Below are positions 47,643-57,389 of a stretch of 64,000 nt of DNA, in pieces. The DNA is from an uncultured delta proteobacterium. GTDB lineage: Bacteria; Myxococcota_A; Polyangia; Haliangiales; Haliangiaceae. The notes beneath the pieces were generated by a model that saw only the letters and a program-made list of their open reading frames with translations, searched no databases and was not told the origin of the DNA. Position 1 is the stretch's first letter, and the number at the start of each line of letters is the position of its first letter. The DNA lies in NCBI GenBank assembly GCA_963848295.1, contig CAWKDB010000010.1, forward strand, positions 3,264,001-3,328,000, given 5' to 3'. The position numbers were made by a program, and so were the translations under genes.

Positions 47643-48293
47643 GTGAAGCTCGCCGTGCTCGCGTTGGTCGCTGCCGCTTGTGGCGACAACTCGAGGCCGC
47701 CGATCGATGCGGTCGTGCCCGATGCGCCAGGCATGCCGGACCTGACGCTCGTCGCCGCGCAGATGGACGGCACGGTGGCGATCACCGACACCGACTTCAC
47801 CGCCGATGCGTGCGAGCTCGTCGAAGGCTGCATCGGCGATATCGGTACGCGCCGGCTGTTGCGGTTCGACACCGTGACCGCAAACCTCGGCACCGCGGAT
47901 CTCGACCTCGGCCAGGTGCCCCCGCCGGGAGTCAGCGCCGGCATCTTCGTATGGTCGCCGTGTCACATGCACCATCACGTGATGGGCTTCGCTGACTACG
48001 AGCTGTCCGATGCGACCGGCGCCGTGACGACGACCGGCCACAAGCAGGGCTTCTGCATCGAAGACGACGAGCAGATCCAGCAAGACGGACCGAGCCACGG
48101 GTTCAACTGCAACCTCCAAGGCATCACGCGGGGCTGGGCTGATTCGTACGGCAAGGGACTACCGTGTCAGTGGGTCGACATCACAGATGTAGCCCCCGGC
48201 ACCTACACACTGACCGTGACCGTCGACGCGAGTGGCATACTTCCCGACTCGAATCCCGACGACAACTCGTGGACGACGTCGGTGACCTTCTAG
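47643..48293 (+). CDS. Lysyl oxidase family lipoprotein
   Basis: WSPCHMHHH, GHKQGFC, DSY...CQWVDITDV. Confidence 0.88.
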   Translation: MKLAVLALVAAACGDNSRPPIDAVVPDAPGMPDLTLVAAQMDGTVAITDTDFTADACELVEGCIGDIGTRRLLRFDTVTANLGTADLDLGQVPPPGVSAGIFVWSPCHMHHHVMGFADYELSDATGAVTTTGHKQGFCIEDDEQIQQDGPSHGFNCNLQGITRGWADSYGKGLPCQWVDITDVAPGTYTLTVTVDASGILPDSNPDDNSWTTSVTF

Positions 48294-48325
48294 CCATTCG
48301 CGGAGAAACGTGTATCGTGATTTAC

Positions 48326-49528
48326 ATGGGGAAGCTGCCGCTATGCGCGGCGTTGGTCTTGACGTCCGCGTGCGGACGCTGGGGCTTCGATCCGGGCGGC
48401 GGCCCGGGTAACCCTGGGGATTCGCCCGACGCGCTCGGCGCGGCAAGCCCGGACGCAGCGGCGACACGACTACAGTGCACCTCGCCGTCGCGATTTCAGA
48501 TCGGCGCCGGGTCGCTGTCGGCGATCTCGGCCACCGGCACGCAGAACGGGTTCGCGATGTTCACCGTCGATAGTGGCGGCAACCTCGCGGACTGGGAGTA
48601 CGCGCTCGACACGAGCGGCCAGCTGTCGGCGACCGTCTCGAACAACGCGATCGATACGAACGCGAACGGCGTGCTCGGCGTCGCATCGACCGGCTCGACC
48701 GTCCTCGTCGCCTCGCAGTACGGTCGACCGTCGGCGACTGGTACCGCGATCTACGCGTTCGACGGATCGCTGTTGGCGCCGACGGCGGCGGTCTCGCGTC
48801 GCGACGGGGAATACGCGGCGCCGACGTCTCTCGCGGTCAGCGGAGATGGCTCGCAGATCGCGTTCGTCACCGTCGATCCGTCGAGTCTCGAAGCGGATGC
48901 GCACATCCTCGACACGAAAGGCAACGACGTCGGTGCTCCGGCGATGGTGATCTCATCCGCGGCGATGACGAACTACACGTTCGTGGCGCCGGCCGGGCCG
49001 GGCTACGCGATCTCGTACAGCTCGAACGGGATCTCGCCGACCGGCACGATGCTCGAGTTGCTCGACAAGAACCTCAACATCGTCGCCGGGCCGATCGAGA
49101 CCAGTGACGGCAACGACGACGCGTACTCCGCGCAAGTCGCGTGGGCTGCGACTTCGCAGGTCTATCTCGCGTCGTGGCACGAGAAGACCGCCACCGGCGA
49201 CGATGACGTCTGGATCGAGATTCTCGGACCGAACCTCGAGGTCATCGTCCCCGGAATCGACATCGCGCACAGCGCGTCCGATGCGCGCGCCACGACCGAT
49301 GGCACTGGGTTTTGGCTGACGTGGATGGACTACAGCGTGGCGCCAGCCGTGCTCAACGGTGCCTACGTCGCAGCCGATGGCACGACGACGGCGCGACCGG
49401 TGACCGCGATGAGCGGATCGCCGTCGCAGTGGGTGATGATCGATCGAGAAGGCCAATCGATCCTCGTGTGGACCGCTACCGGCGGCAGCGGTGCGGACCT
49501 GTCGTTCGACGCCGAGTGCGGCTCGTAG
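48326..49528 (+). CDS. Hypothetical beta-rich lipoprotein
   Basis: TSACGRWGFD lipoprotein start. Confidence 0.7.
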   Translation: MGKLPLCAALVLTSACGRWGFDPGGGPGNPGDSPDALGAASPDAAATRLQCTSPSRFQIGAGSLSAISATGTQNGFAMFTVDSGGNLADWEYALDTSGQLSATVSNNAIDTNANGVLGVASTGSTVLVASQYGRPSATGTAIYAFDGSLLAPTAAVSRRDGEYAAPTSLAVSGDGSQIAFVTVDPSSLEADAHILDTKGNDVGAPAMVISSAAMTNYTFVAPAGPGYAISYSSNGISPTGTMLELLDKNLNIVAGPIETSDGNDDAYSAQVAWAATSQVYLASWHEKTATGDDDVWIEILGPNLEVIVPGIDIAHSASDARATTDGTGFWLTWMDYSVAPAVLNGAYVAADGTTTARPVTAMSGSPSQWVMIDREGQSILVWTATGGSGADLSFDAECGS

Positions 49529-49529
49529 G

Positions 49530-51113
49530 CTACTTCAGCTCGAACGACAGCCAGGTGACGAGGCCGCGCTCGTCGAGCAGCACCTGAATCGTCGCGAGTC
49601 CGAAGAGCTTCATCACCGCGCGCGACATCTCGCTCTCGGCGTCGTGCTTGTCCGCGAGGACCAAGTCGAACAGCCGCGCGTAATCGTATTCCATGAACAA
49701 GAGCGGGGCGGCGACCGGCGTGCCGCCGAGGACCTCGACCGCGTCCGCGTCGCTGTTCGCGCCCATCGCGAGCGCGAGTGCATCCGGCTGCGCCGCGAAG
49801 CTGCCCGGGAACCCGAGCAGCGCGGGCAGTGGATGCGGCTTACCGTCGGCGCTCACTTCGATCCCGGGGAGCTGGGACGCGACCAACTTCAGCAAGTCAC
49901 CCGCGTGATCCATCCGGACCACGGCGTAGCCGTCGATCTTCTCGGGCCTCCTTGCGAAGCCGCGCGGCATCTGCAGCTCGTTGACGACGAGGATGCCTCC
50001 GTGGATGCCGGTCGCGTACGGCGGCAGCGGCGCCGCGCCGAGATCGCCGAGGCTCTGCGCGACGTCGGTGGTGCCTTGGAGATGGCAGCGCTTGTCGACA
50101 TCGCGCAGGTACGTCGACAGCTTCGTCGCGAGGTCGCGCGCGCGATCGACGTTAGCGGACACGGCGACGGCGAACAGCGGGCGCTCCTCGAGCAGCTTGT
50201 CGAACCCGGCGAGCGGCGCGGTGAGCGTGCGCGCTTGAGCCGCGAGCTCGGGCGCGAGCTCGAGGACGAACCCCATGGCGATCTTGTGGGTCGTGAAGTC
50301 ATCGTAGCCGAACGTGAGCCGTGGGACCTTCGCCGCGATCTCGGCCACGACGCCCTGGCACCCGGGGTCGATTCCGGCGGCGGCCCCGGCGAGCTGGCCG
50401 ACGCGAGCGAGATCGACGAAGCCGACGCCCTGAGCGGAATAACCGTCGCGCTTCGCGATGTCGCGGAACACGGACGTCGCGATCGACTTCGCCGGCCGTT
50501 GCTCGCCGAGCAACACCGCGAGGTTCGCATCGATGAACGAGTGCGGCCCGACCGAGACGACGAGCTCGGTCTTGCCGAGCGCGATCAGCACGGCCATCGC
50601 TTTGACATCGATGATCCAGTAGCGGCGGTCACCGCGTTGCTTCGGCGCTGCAAGCGGGGCCTCGAATCGCGCCGCGAGTCGGCCGACGAGCGCGAACACC
50701 TTGTCCCCGCTCGTGATCTCGAGCCGCAACACCGGATACGCGCCGACGCCGTACAGCGCGAATCTCGCCTTGGTCGAAAATCCGAGCTCGTCGAATCGCT
50801 TCGCGTCGAGCGGCCCGATCTCGTCGGCGAACGTGCGCCACAGCTTTGCCTGGTCCGTGCCCATCTGATCGAGCACCTTCGACCACATCGGCTTGATCGC
50901 ATCGGACATCTTCGACATGTAGTCGAGCGGGATCGGCTTGAACGTCGCGAACGCGTACGGCGTATCCGACGGAATCGACGCGATCAGCGGGTTGTCCGCG
51001 AACTCGCCATGCGAGCTGGCCCGCACTCCGGTCGTGACGGCCGATGGTTTCCCGCCGCAGCCGGCGATCGTCGCGGTGACGAGCATGAGCGCGAGCGCGT
51101 GACGTCGGATCAT
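49530..51113 (-). CDS. Hypothetical lipoprotein
   Basis: Lipobox IAGC; IPSDTPYAFA. Confidence 0.75.
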   Translation of the reverse strand: MIRRHALALMLVTATIAGCGGKPSAVTTGVRASSHGEFADNPLIASIPSDTPYAFATFKPIPLDYMSKMSDAIKPMWSKVLDQMGTDQAKLWRTFADEIGPLDAKRFDELGFSTKARFALYGVGAYPVLRLEITSGDKVFALVGRLAARFEAPLAAPKQRGDRRYWIIDVKAMAVLIALGKTELVVSVGPHSFIDANLAVLLGEQRPAKSIATSVFRDIAKRDGYSAQGVGFVDLARVGQLAGAAAGIDPGCQGVVAEIAAKVPRLTFGYDDFTTHKIAMGFVLELAPELAAQARTLTAPLAGFDKLLEERPLFAVAVSANVDRARDLATKLSTYLRDVDKRCHLQGTTDVAQSLGDLGAAPLPPYATGIHGGILVVNELQMPRGFARRPEKIDGYAVVRMDHAGDLLKLVASQLPGIEVSADGKPHPLPALLGFPGSFAAQPDALALAMGANSDADAVEVLGGTPVAAPLLFMEYDYARLFDLVLADKHDAESEMSRAVMKLFGLATIQVLLDERGLVTWLSFELK

Positions 51114-51139
51114 GGGCGCGACATAACACGGATCGATTG

Positions 51140-52006
51140 TCAGTTCACGGCGCGCATCGCGGCATCCGACGCGGCGCTCGCGAGCTGGATCCGGACGCGC
51201 ACGGGGCGGTCGTCGTCGTCGAGATCGAGATAGATCGGAAACACGCCGTCGCCCCAGCTCGTGAAGAACAAGCAGACCTGCGCGCCGCCGACCTCGATCG
51301 TGCCGGCGCCGCTGCGACTCTGGCGCGCGGCGGCGAGCGCCGCGAAGTGGTGCGAGTGCGGCCGGAAGTCGGTTGCGAGCAGCCAATGATGCTCCGACTT
51401 GAGCCGCGCGGCGCGGTCGGCTTTCGCCTCGGCGTCGGCGACGGTCAGGTCGGTCCAGCCGTAGCCCTCCGACATCGCCGGCGCTGCCATCGCCTTCGCG
51501 AGCTCGCCGGCGTCGCGGCCCCAGAACACGAAGTCGGCCAGGCCGTCGAGACTGTCTTCGTGATGCCAGTGGTCGAGCGCCTCGCGATCCATGCACACGA
51601 GCCGCGCGAAATCGACGCCGGCCTCGCCGAGCTTGCGGGTCGACGCAATCTCGCCGCGCCCGAGCTCGACCGCGACGTGATCCCAGCAATCGGCGAACCG
51701 GCCCTTGCCGACCCTGACGCCGACGACCTCGAGCACTCGGTCGCGCGGCGCATCTACCAGCACCAAGGCCGGCTCGAGCGCTGCCATCGGCAGGTGTCCG
51801 ACCAGGCCGACGTCGAATACGGCGAGCCTCCCGGACGGTACGGTCACGCTGCCGATCGTCTCTTTCGTGCCCGTGCTCGTGCTCGCCTTCGTCTTCTTCT
51901 TCGGCGGCTTCTTCGCGCCCTTCCCCCGAAATGCCAAACGCGGCGCCTTGCGGGCACCGCGTTTCGTCGGCTTGGACTTCTTGGGTTTCGTCTTCGTCTT
52001 CGCCAT
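51140..52006 (-). CDS. DUF4241-like protein with a Lys-rich N-terminus
   Basis: GVDFARL, FTSWGDGVFPIY. Confidence 0.65.
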   Translation of the reverse strand: MAKTKTKPKKSKPTKRGARKAPRLAFRGKGAKKPPKKKTKASTSTGTKETIGSVTVPSGRLAVFDVGLVGHLPMAALEPALVLVDAPRDRVLEVVGVRVGKGRFADCWDHVAVELGRGEIASTRKLGEAGVDFARLVCMDREALDHWHHEDSLDGLADFVFWGRDAGELAKAMAAPAMSEGYGWTDLTVADAEAKADRAARLKSEHHWLLATDFRPHSHHFAALAAARQSRSGAGTIEVGGAQVCLFFTSWGDGVFPIYLDLDDDDRPVRVRIQLASAASDAAMRAVN

Positions 52007-52015
52007 CCCGGCAGT

Positions 52016-53650
52016 CTACTGCAGGGTGCCGCTCATCATCACGTAGCCCTCGTCGCCATCGATCGTCAGGTTCGACATCTGGACGCCCATCAGAGCCGGG
52101 ATCGGGATGCCACCGAGCAGCACGCTGATCTGCTTGATCTGAGCGTCGAGCACCAGCGCGGTCGCGCTAGACAGGTCGTCGTTCGACAGGCGCGTGTCGT
52201 TCGCGTAGTTGTCGGTCACGACATCGACCGCGATCGTCGGGGTGCCGAGCTGCAGCGCGACGCCTTGGCCGTTCGGGGTCGGAACGACGGTGAGCTCGAT
52301 CGAGGCGTTGATGGCAGCCTGGCCGACCGGGGTACCCTGCTCGGTCAGCGTCGCCATCATGTCGGGGATGACGAGGCGGAGCTTACCGTTCGACGGGTCG
52401 GCGCTGATCATCGGGGGCGAGGTCAGCGAGATGTTCGTGGTGTCGAAGGTGCCGCCGGTGATCGGCATCTTGAGGTTGAGCAGGCCCGTCGCCGCGACCT
52501 CCGCGAGCAGCTCGTTCGCGAGGTCGCTCGCGATGCCGAGCTGCATGCCGCCGTTCGCGTCGAGCGTCGGCGTGCCGTTGCCGATCGAGACGAAGTTACC
52601 GGTCTTCTCGGTGCCTTCGATCAGCATCATCGTGTTGAGCGTGATGTCCGCTTCGGTCGCGGTGAAGTTGACCGCCGAGGTCGAGACCTGGACGTCGATG
52701 GTCTGGCCGAGCAGGCTGAGCTTCTGCGGACCGCCGAGCGCGCCGAACACCTTGTTGACCATGCCGGGCATGAAGCTCTCGGCGCCCTTCTCGGCGGCCG
52801 AGGCGATCAGGCTGTTCATGTCGATCAGGTCGAGGATCGCGCCGGGTAGGCCGCTCGCCTGGACGTCGAGGCCTTGGATATCGACGTTCGGGTTCTGGAT
52901 CGTGCTGGTGAAGCCCATCATGCCGTTCGCGGTGACCGCGAGCGTGCCGGTGACCGTCACCGAGCTCGCGGTGATCTCGAACGTGTCGCTGCCGTCGATG
53001 CAGGCGACGTCGAACGTCGCATGCGCGTGGGTGTCGAGACCGTCGATCTCGATCGAGAACTGCATGCCGCCGACGACCGGGACGAGCGAAATGTGCGCGT
53101 CGGTCATCGTCAGCGAGTCGACGTACGCCTTCGCACCGAGGCAGCTGCCGCCGGTGTTGAGCATCGGTTGATACGGCGCGAGCAGGGTCGAGAAGTCCTC
53201 GGCCTTGATCAGCGTCTCTGCGGCGGTGCTGATCTTCGCGAACGCCTGGGTCGAGATTGCGGTGGTGATCGCATTCGGGACCATCGAGCCCGCGGTCATC
53301 GTCTTGCCGGCTTCGACCGAGCGAGTGTCGTCGGCCTTGCCGCCGGCCTTGTCGGTCGCTTCGGTGTGGATGAGCGTCGCGCCCGCTTCGACCATCACCG
53401 TCGCGGTGAACGAGCCGTCGGCGGCAACCGTGGCGGCGACGTCGTTGACCATGACGCCGGTGATCGGCGTGCCTTCGGGGTTCGGCGCGACCGTCCCGGT
53501 GACCGTCACGTTACCGGGCGCGCCCTGGATCAGGCTGCGCGCGGGCGACGTAACGGTCAACACCGGCGGGTCCGGCAGCTGGGCCGGGGCGCTGGTGCAG
53601 GCCGAAGCGGCGAGGAGCGAGATGCCGGAGGTGATGAAGAGGTTGCGCAT
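52016..53650 (-). CDS. Lipoprotein with an Ig-like domain and a probable BPI/LBP (TULIP)-like region
   Basis: Lipobox ASAC; PPVLTVTSP; long amphipathic beta/alpha repeats (fold is inferred). Confidence 0.7.
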   Translation of the reverse strand: MRNLFITSGISLLAASACTSAPAQLPDPPVLTVTSPARSLIQGAPGNVTVTGTVAPNPEGTPITGVMVNDVAATVAADGSFTATVMVEAGATLIHTEATDKAGGKADDTRSVEAGKTMTAGSMVPNAITTAISTQAFAKISTAAETLIKAEDFSTLLAPYQPMLNTGGSCLGAKAYVDSLTMTDAHISLVPVVGGMQFSIEIDGLDTHAHATFDVACIDGSDTFEITASSVTVTGTLAVTANGMMGFTSTIQNPNVDIQGLDVQASGLPGAILDLIDMNSLIASAAEKGAESFMPGMVNKVFGALGGPQKLSLLGQTIDVQVSTSAVNFTATEADITLNTMMLIEGTEKTGNFVSIGNGTPTLDANGGMQLGIASDLANELLAEVAATGLLNLKMPITGGTFDTTNISLTSPPMISADPSNGKLRLVIPDMMATLTEQGTPVGQAAINASIELTVVPTPNGQGVALQLGTPTIAVDVVTDNYANDTRLSNDDLSSATALVLDAQIKQISVLLGGIPIPALMGVQMSNLTIDGDEGYVMMSGTLQ

Positions 53651-53667
53651 GGCTGACTTCCCTTTCA

Positions 53668-53682
53668 GCAAGCGCGGGGCCA
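53668..53682 (-). promoter_or_regulatory. Putative sigma54 promoter
   Basis: TGGCCCCGCGCTTGC, GG-N10-GC, within a 250-bp intergenic region. Confidence 0.5.
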
Positions 53683-53901
53683 GATCCGGGATCCATGTCG
53701 GCATCGGACTTACCCCTGCGAACCGCAACAGATCGAATCGGTTAGCCGACGACAGACGGCAACGCGTCGCGTCGAAGTCGGCGGGGTGCCTACTGGATCT
53801 TCCGGTTGGCCGGGGTCACCGGCGACCTCCCGTGGCTGATCGACTAGCCACAGCACCTTCGAATTCCGGATCCGCTTCCCCCTTCACGATCCTGATCCCC
53901 C

Positions 53902-54258
53902 TCACCCCATCGTGACCTTCCCGACGCCGCGGTCGGTCAACAGCGCCGCCACGCGCTGGCGCAGGTCGCCCTGCAAAACGATCGATTCTCCGTCGACGGC
54001 GCCCCCGCAGCCGAGCGCCTGTTTGAGATCCTTGCACCAGGTCGCGAGCTCGCCCGGAGCGATCCCGAGCTTATCCACGATCGTCACTTCTTTGCCGCGG
54101 CGCTGTTTGCGCTCGAGCCGAACGACCGCCCGCGCCGGCGGCTTGGTCGCGGCGATCGTCGTCGGAGAAGGCGCGATCGTCGTCGGAGAAGGGCCAGCCG
54201 GCAGCTGCGCGCGCAGCGCATCGAGGGCGGCGAACGGGTTGTCGGTCTTCTTCGCCAT
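53902..54258 (-). CDS. yciH: SUI1/eIF1-like translation initiation factor
   Basis: RRGKEVT, LKQALGCGGAV, LQGD. Confidence 0.88.
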   Translation of the reverse strand: MAKKTDNPFAALDALRAQLPAGPSPTTIAPSPTTIAATKPPARAVVRLERKQRRGKEVTIVDKLGIAPGELATWCKDLKQALGCGGAVDGESIVLQGDLRQRVAALLTDRGVGKVTMG

Positions 54259-54356
54259 TGTGCGCACTGTCGTACATCGTCGTCGAAAAACCACAGCTGG
54301 AATCGTCGTTTCTTGGCTTTACGAATCCGCGTTTAGGATCCGAGAATGTAATTACG

Positions 54357-56555
54357 ATGGGCACTTCCTCTGGCAGAGATCCTGTGGTGAAGACCGGCGA
54401 CGTCATCGAAGGGCGCTACCGGATCATTCGAACTCTAGGTGAGGGTGGGATGGGGACGGTGTTCCTCGCAGAACACGCGCTGATCAAACGGCGCGTCGCC
54501 ATCAAGATTCTGCATCCCGAGTTAGCGACGGACGCGAACGTTATCGAGCGCTTCATGAACGAAGCGCGCGCGGCCGGCACCCTCGGTCACCCGAACATCG
54601 TCGAGTCGACGGACATGGGGTTCACGCCGAACCATGTGCCCTACATCGTGTTCGAGTACCTCGAGGGCACGCTGCTCACCGACGAGATCTATCGCGTCGG
54701 CGGGTTACCGGTTCGCCGCGCGATTCGCGTGGCGTCGCAGATCGCGTCGGCGCTGCAAGCGGCGCATAACGCCGGCATCGTCCACCGCGACCTCAAGAGC
54801 GACAACGTCTTCCTGACCGACAAGGACGACGCGCTCGATCACGTCAAGGTGTTGGACTTCGGCGTGTCGCGGTTCATGGAGACCGACGACGCGCAGCGCA
54901 ACATGGTGATCGGCACGCCGGAGTTCATGGCGCCCGAGCAGATCACCGACCCCGGCTCGGTCGATCGCCGCGCCGACATCTACGCCCTCGGCGTGATCCT
55001 CTACGAGATGCTGACCGCGCGCCGGCCGTTCTCGCAAGAGGACGATCCACGCCAGCTCATGCACCGGATCGTTCACGAGGTGCCGCCGCCGCTGCAGCGC
55101 CCGGAGGTTCCGGTCAAGCTGCAGGAAATCATCCTGACGAAGCTGCTCGCGAAGGATCCGGCGCACCGGCTGCCGACGATGAACGACGTCGAAGCGGCGC
55201 TCGAGACGTTCTTGACCCGCAGCGATGGCAGCTCGGCTCGCCGCCGCGGCCAGGCGACCGACGCGCCCGATGCACGGACGTCGGGCACGATCCCTCCGCC
55301 GTCGAAGATGCTCAACACGCCGTGGCCGCCGGGCAAGGTCGACACACTCGATCAGACCGGCGCCTCGATGCTGAACAGCGTCGCGTTGCCGACAGCGCCA
55401 TCGGCGCGCAAGCCGATCGCGCTGTACGCGATCGCGGCGATCGGCGTGATCGTCGGCGGTCTCGGCCTCGCGATGGGGCTGCGCGGAGGCAACAACACCG
55501 AGACGAAGACCGCAGAGAACACGCAGACGGCGACGACCCAGCAGCCGCAGCCCGGCGCTGCGATCCCGCAACGGTCGTCGGAGGTCCAGAAGGTCGAAGT
55601 CCAGATCGATGCCGATGCGCCGAACTCGCGCGTCGTGTTTCGTCGGCGCGTTGCCGCGGCTCCCGCGACGCAGCTGGTGTCGCCGAGCGATATCGTGGAG
55701 CTCGTCGAGGTGTCGGCGCCCGGCTACAAGACCGCGCGCTACTGGCTGACGTTCGATCGCCCGACCCATCTCAAAGCCCACTTGACGAAAGGCAATGGCT
55801 CGTCGGAAGCGACCGAGGAAGACACGCTTGCCGCACTCGGCGAGGTCAGCGGCAACACGCCGCCGGTGATCCCGTCGATCATCGACGCGCTGCCGCAGGT
55901 GCCGGCTGCCGCGGCTGCGGCGATCAAGGCCGAGCCCAAGAAGGGCGAGCTGGTCGCGACCGCGACCCAGGCTTCGCCACGCACGGTGGAAGCGCGTACC
56001 ACGCTCGCGCCGACGATGGCGCCCCGCAAGATCGGCCGCGGTGGCGCGGAAGTGCCGCCGGCTGACAATCTGGTCGCGACGATGTCGGTGCCCGATGCGC
56101 CTGCGATGAAGGCGCGCGCGATCGAGCGGCCCGAGCCCGAGACGGCGAAGGCCGAGGCCACTTCGGCCAAGGAAGAGACGAGGGCCGAGCCGGCGAAGAT
56201 CGAGGCGATGCAGCCGAAGGCCGAACCGGCGACGATGCCGGTGGAGCAGCCGAAGCCGCAGACGGTGCAGCCGACGATCGACTACGGTACGGTGACCGCG
56301 GTGGTGGGTCAGCATCGCCCCGAGGTGCTGAAGTGCTTCGCCGACGGCAAGAAGAAGAACCCGGCGATGAAGGGCACGCTCAACCTGCAGTTGCAGGTCG
56401 ATGGGAGCGGCAGGGTCCACCGGGTTCAAGTTCAGTCGACGCTCGGCGCACCGCTGGTCGCCGCGTGCGTCGTGAAGTCGGCGAATGCGTGGCACTTCCC
56501 GGGCCGCGCGGGCGGCGATTTCGCGAGCGTCAACTACCCGTTCACGATCAACTGA
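54357..56555 (+). CDS. Transmembrane Ser/Thr kinase with an AgmX/PglI-like C-terminal domain
   Basis: GEGGMGTV, HRDLKSDN, DFG, APE; TM; C-terminal KCF...ACV...WHFP...YPF. Confidence 0.92.
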   Translation: MGTSSGRDPVVKTGDVIEGRYRIIRTLGEGGMGTVFLAEHALIKRRVAIKILHPELATDANVIERFMNEARAAGTLGHPNIVESTDMGFTPNHVPYIVFEYLEGTLLTDEIYRVGGLPVRRAIRVASQIASALQAAHNAGIVHRDLKSDNVFLTDKDDALDHVKVLDFGVSRFMETDDAQRNMVIGTPEFMAPEQITDPGSVDRRADIYALGVILYEMLTARRPFSQEDDPRQLMHRIVHEVPPPLQRPEVPVKLQEIILTKLLAKDPAHRLPTMNDVEAALETFLTRSDGSSARRRGQATDAPDARTSGTIPPPSKMLNTPWPPGKVDTLDQTGASMLNSVALPTAPSARKPIALYAIAAIGVIVGGLGLAMGLRGGNNTETKTAENTQTATTQQPQPGAAIPQRSSEVQKVEVQIDADAPNSRVVFRRRVAAAPATQLVSPSDIVELVEVSAPGYKTARYWLTFDRPTHLKAHLTKGNGSSEATEEDTLAALGEVSGNTPPVIPSIIDALPQVPAAAAAAIKAEPKKGELVATATQASPRTVEARTTLAPTMAPRKIGRGGAEVPPADNLVATMSVPDAPAMKARAIERPEPETAKAEATSAKEETRAEPAKIEAMQPKAEPATMPVEQPKPQTVQPTIDYGTVTAVVGQHRPEVLKCFADGKKKNPAMKGTLNLQLQVDGSGRVHRVQVQSTLGAPLVAACVVKSANAWHFPGRAGGDFASVNYPFTIN

Positions 56556-56584
56556 CCCGCTGCGCCTCGCCGCCTCCGCGGGCA

Positions 56585-56840
56585 CCGCCTCGCCTCCTTG
56601 ATGAGATCGAGATCGCGGGGGCTTCGCGCGGCTGCCTTGCGAGGGCGCCCGGACCCGCTCGGGCGACGGCGCAGACGCTGGCGGTTCCGGCGTCTCCGCG
56701 GAGCGACGCCGCTACGCGGCGATCGCGCTGGCGCGCGAGTTGGAGTGTTGACCGCGTGGCCGCGCGTCTCATCGCGCGCCTGCCCTCGCTCCCCGGGCAT
56801 CCCTCGCGGCGACGCCGCGCTCAGCGACGAGATCGCGAAC
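56585..56840 (+). repeat. Dispersed structured repeat, copy 3 (lacks the 5' end)
   Basis: Shared blocks at 56621-56647 and 56763-56783; ends GAGATCGCGAAC as copy 1 does. Confidence 0.9.
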
Positions 56841-56893
56841 AGAAGGAGAACCTAAAACGACGGGACTCGAAGTGATCACGAGCCGTCACGACC

Positions 56894-57160
56894 TCACTTT
56901 GTCTCCGCGCAGTCCGCGGCAGTTCCACTCGCCGTTTGCTGGGCCGCGCACGCGTCGCTACTCGCGGCGCAGTGATCGCCAGCGCACCATGCGGTCTCGG
57001 TCAGCGCGCACGCATCGAGATCGGGAACGGTGCCGAGCGAAACGCCGCGCGCCGCTTCGCAGGCGGCCTTCTCACGAACGCAGAAACTTGCAGTGGCAAC
57101 GGTCGCCGAATGGGCGCAGAAAAAACCGCGGGGCACGGGTGCCCTCGGAACATCGAGATC
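56894..57160 (-). pseudogene. Cys-rich C-terminal fragment of an exported protein, no plausible start
   Basis: GFFCAH...FCVREKAACE...AWCAGDHC...C; the upstream frame runs into repeat DNA. Confidence 0.45.
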
Positions 57161-57229
57161 TGGCCCGCGAGGGCTCGAAGCGATCGCGCCTTCGCGCAGG
57201 TCGTAGGCCGCCGGAGCGGTGTTTAAGGG

Positions 57230-57311
57230 GACCCCGAGCGCTAGCCGAGCCGCGCGTCCCCATTCCGCGTGACCCGGAGCGCTAGCCCAGCCGCGCGTCT
57301 CCATCTCGCAC
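57230..57311. repeat. 41-bp tandem duplication
   Basis: GACCC(C/G)GAGCGCTAGCC(G/C)AGCCGCGCGTC(C/T)CCAT at 57230 and 57271. Confidence 0.8.
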
Positions 57312-57372
57312 GACCAAGAGCGCGAGGTGGGCGCCGGGCCCATTGCAAGTTGGCGAGCCGGGGCTCGGCTAG
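57288..57372 (-). repeat. Dispersed structured repeat, copy 4 (5' fragment)
   Basis: Minus strand CTAGCCGAGCCCCGGCTCGCCAACTTGCAATGGGCCCGGCGCCCACC...TGCGAGAT...CGCGCGGCTG aligns with the 5' ends of copies 1 and 2. Confidence 0.7.
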
Positions 57373-57389
57373 GTGGTAATGTCCGCGCC

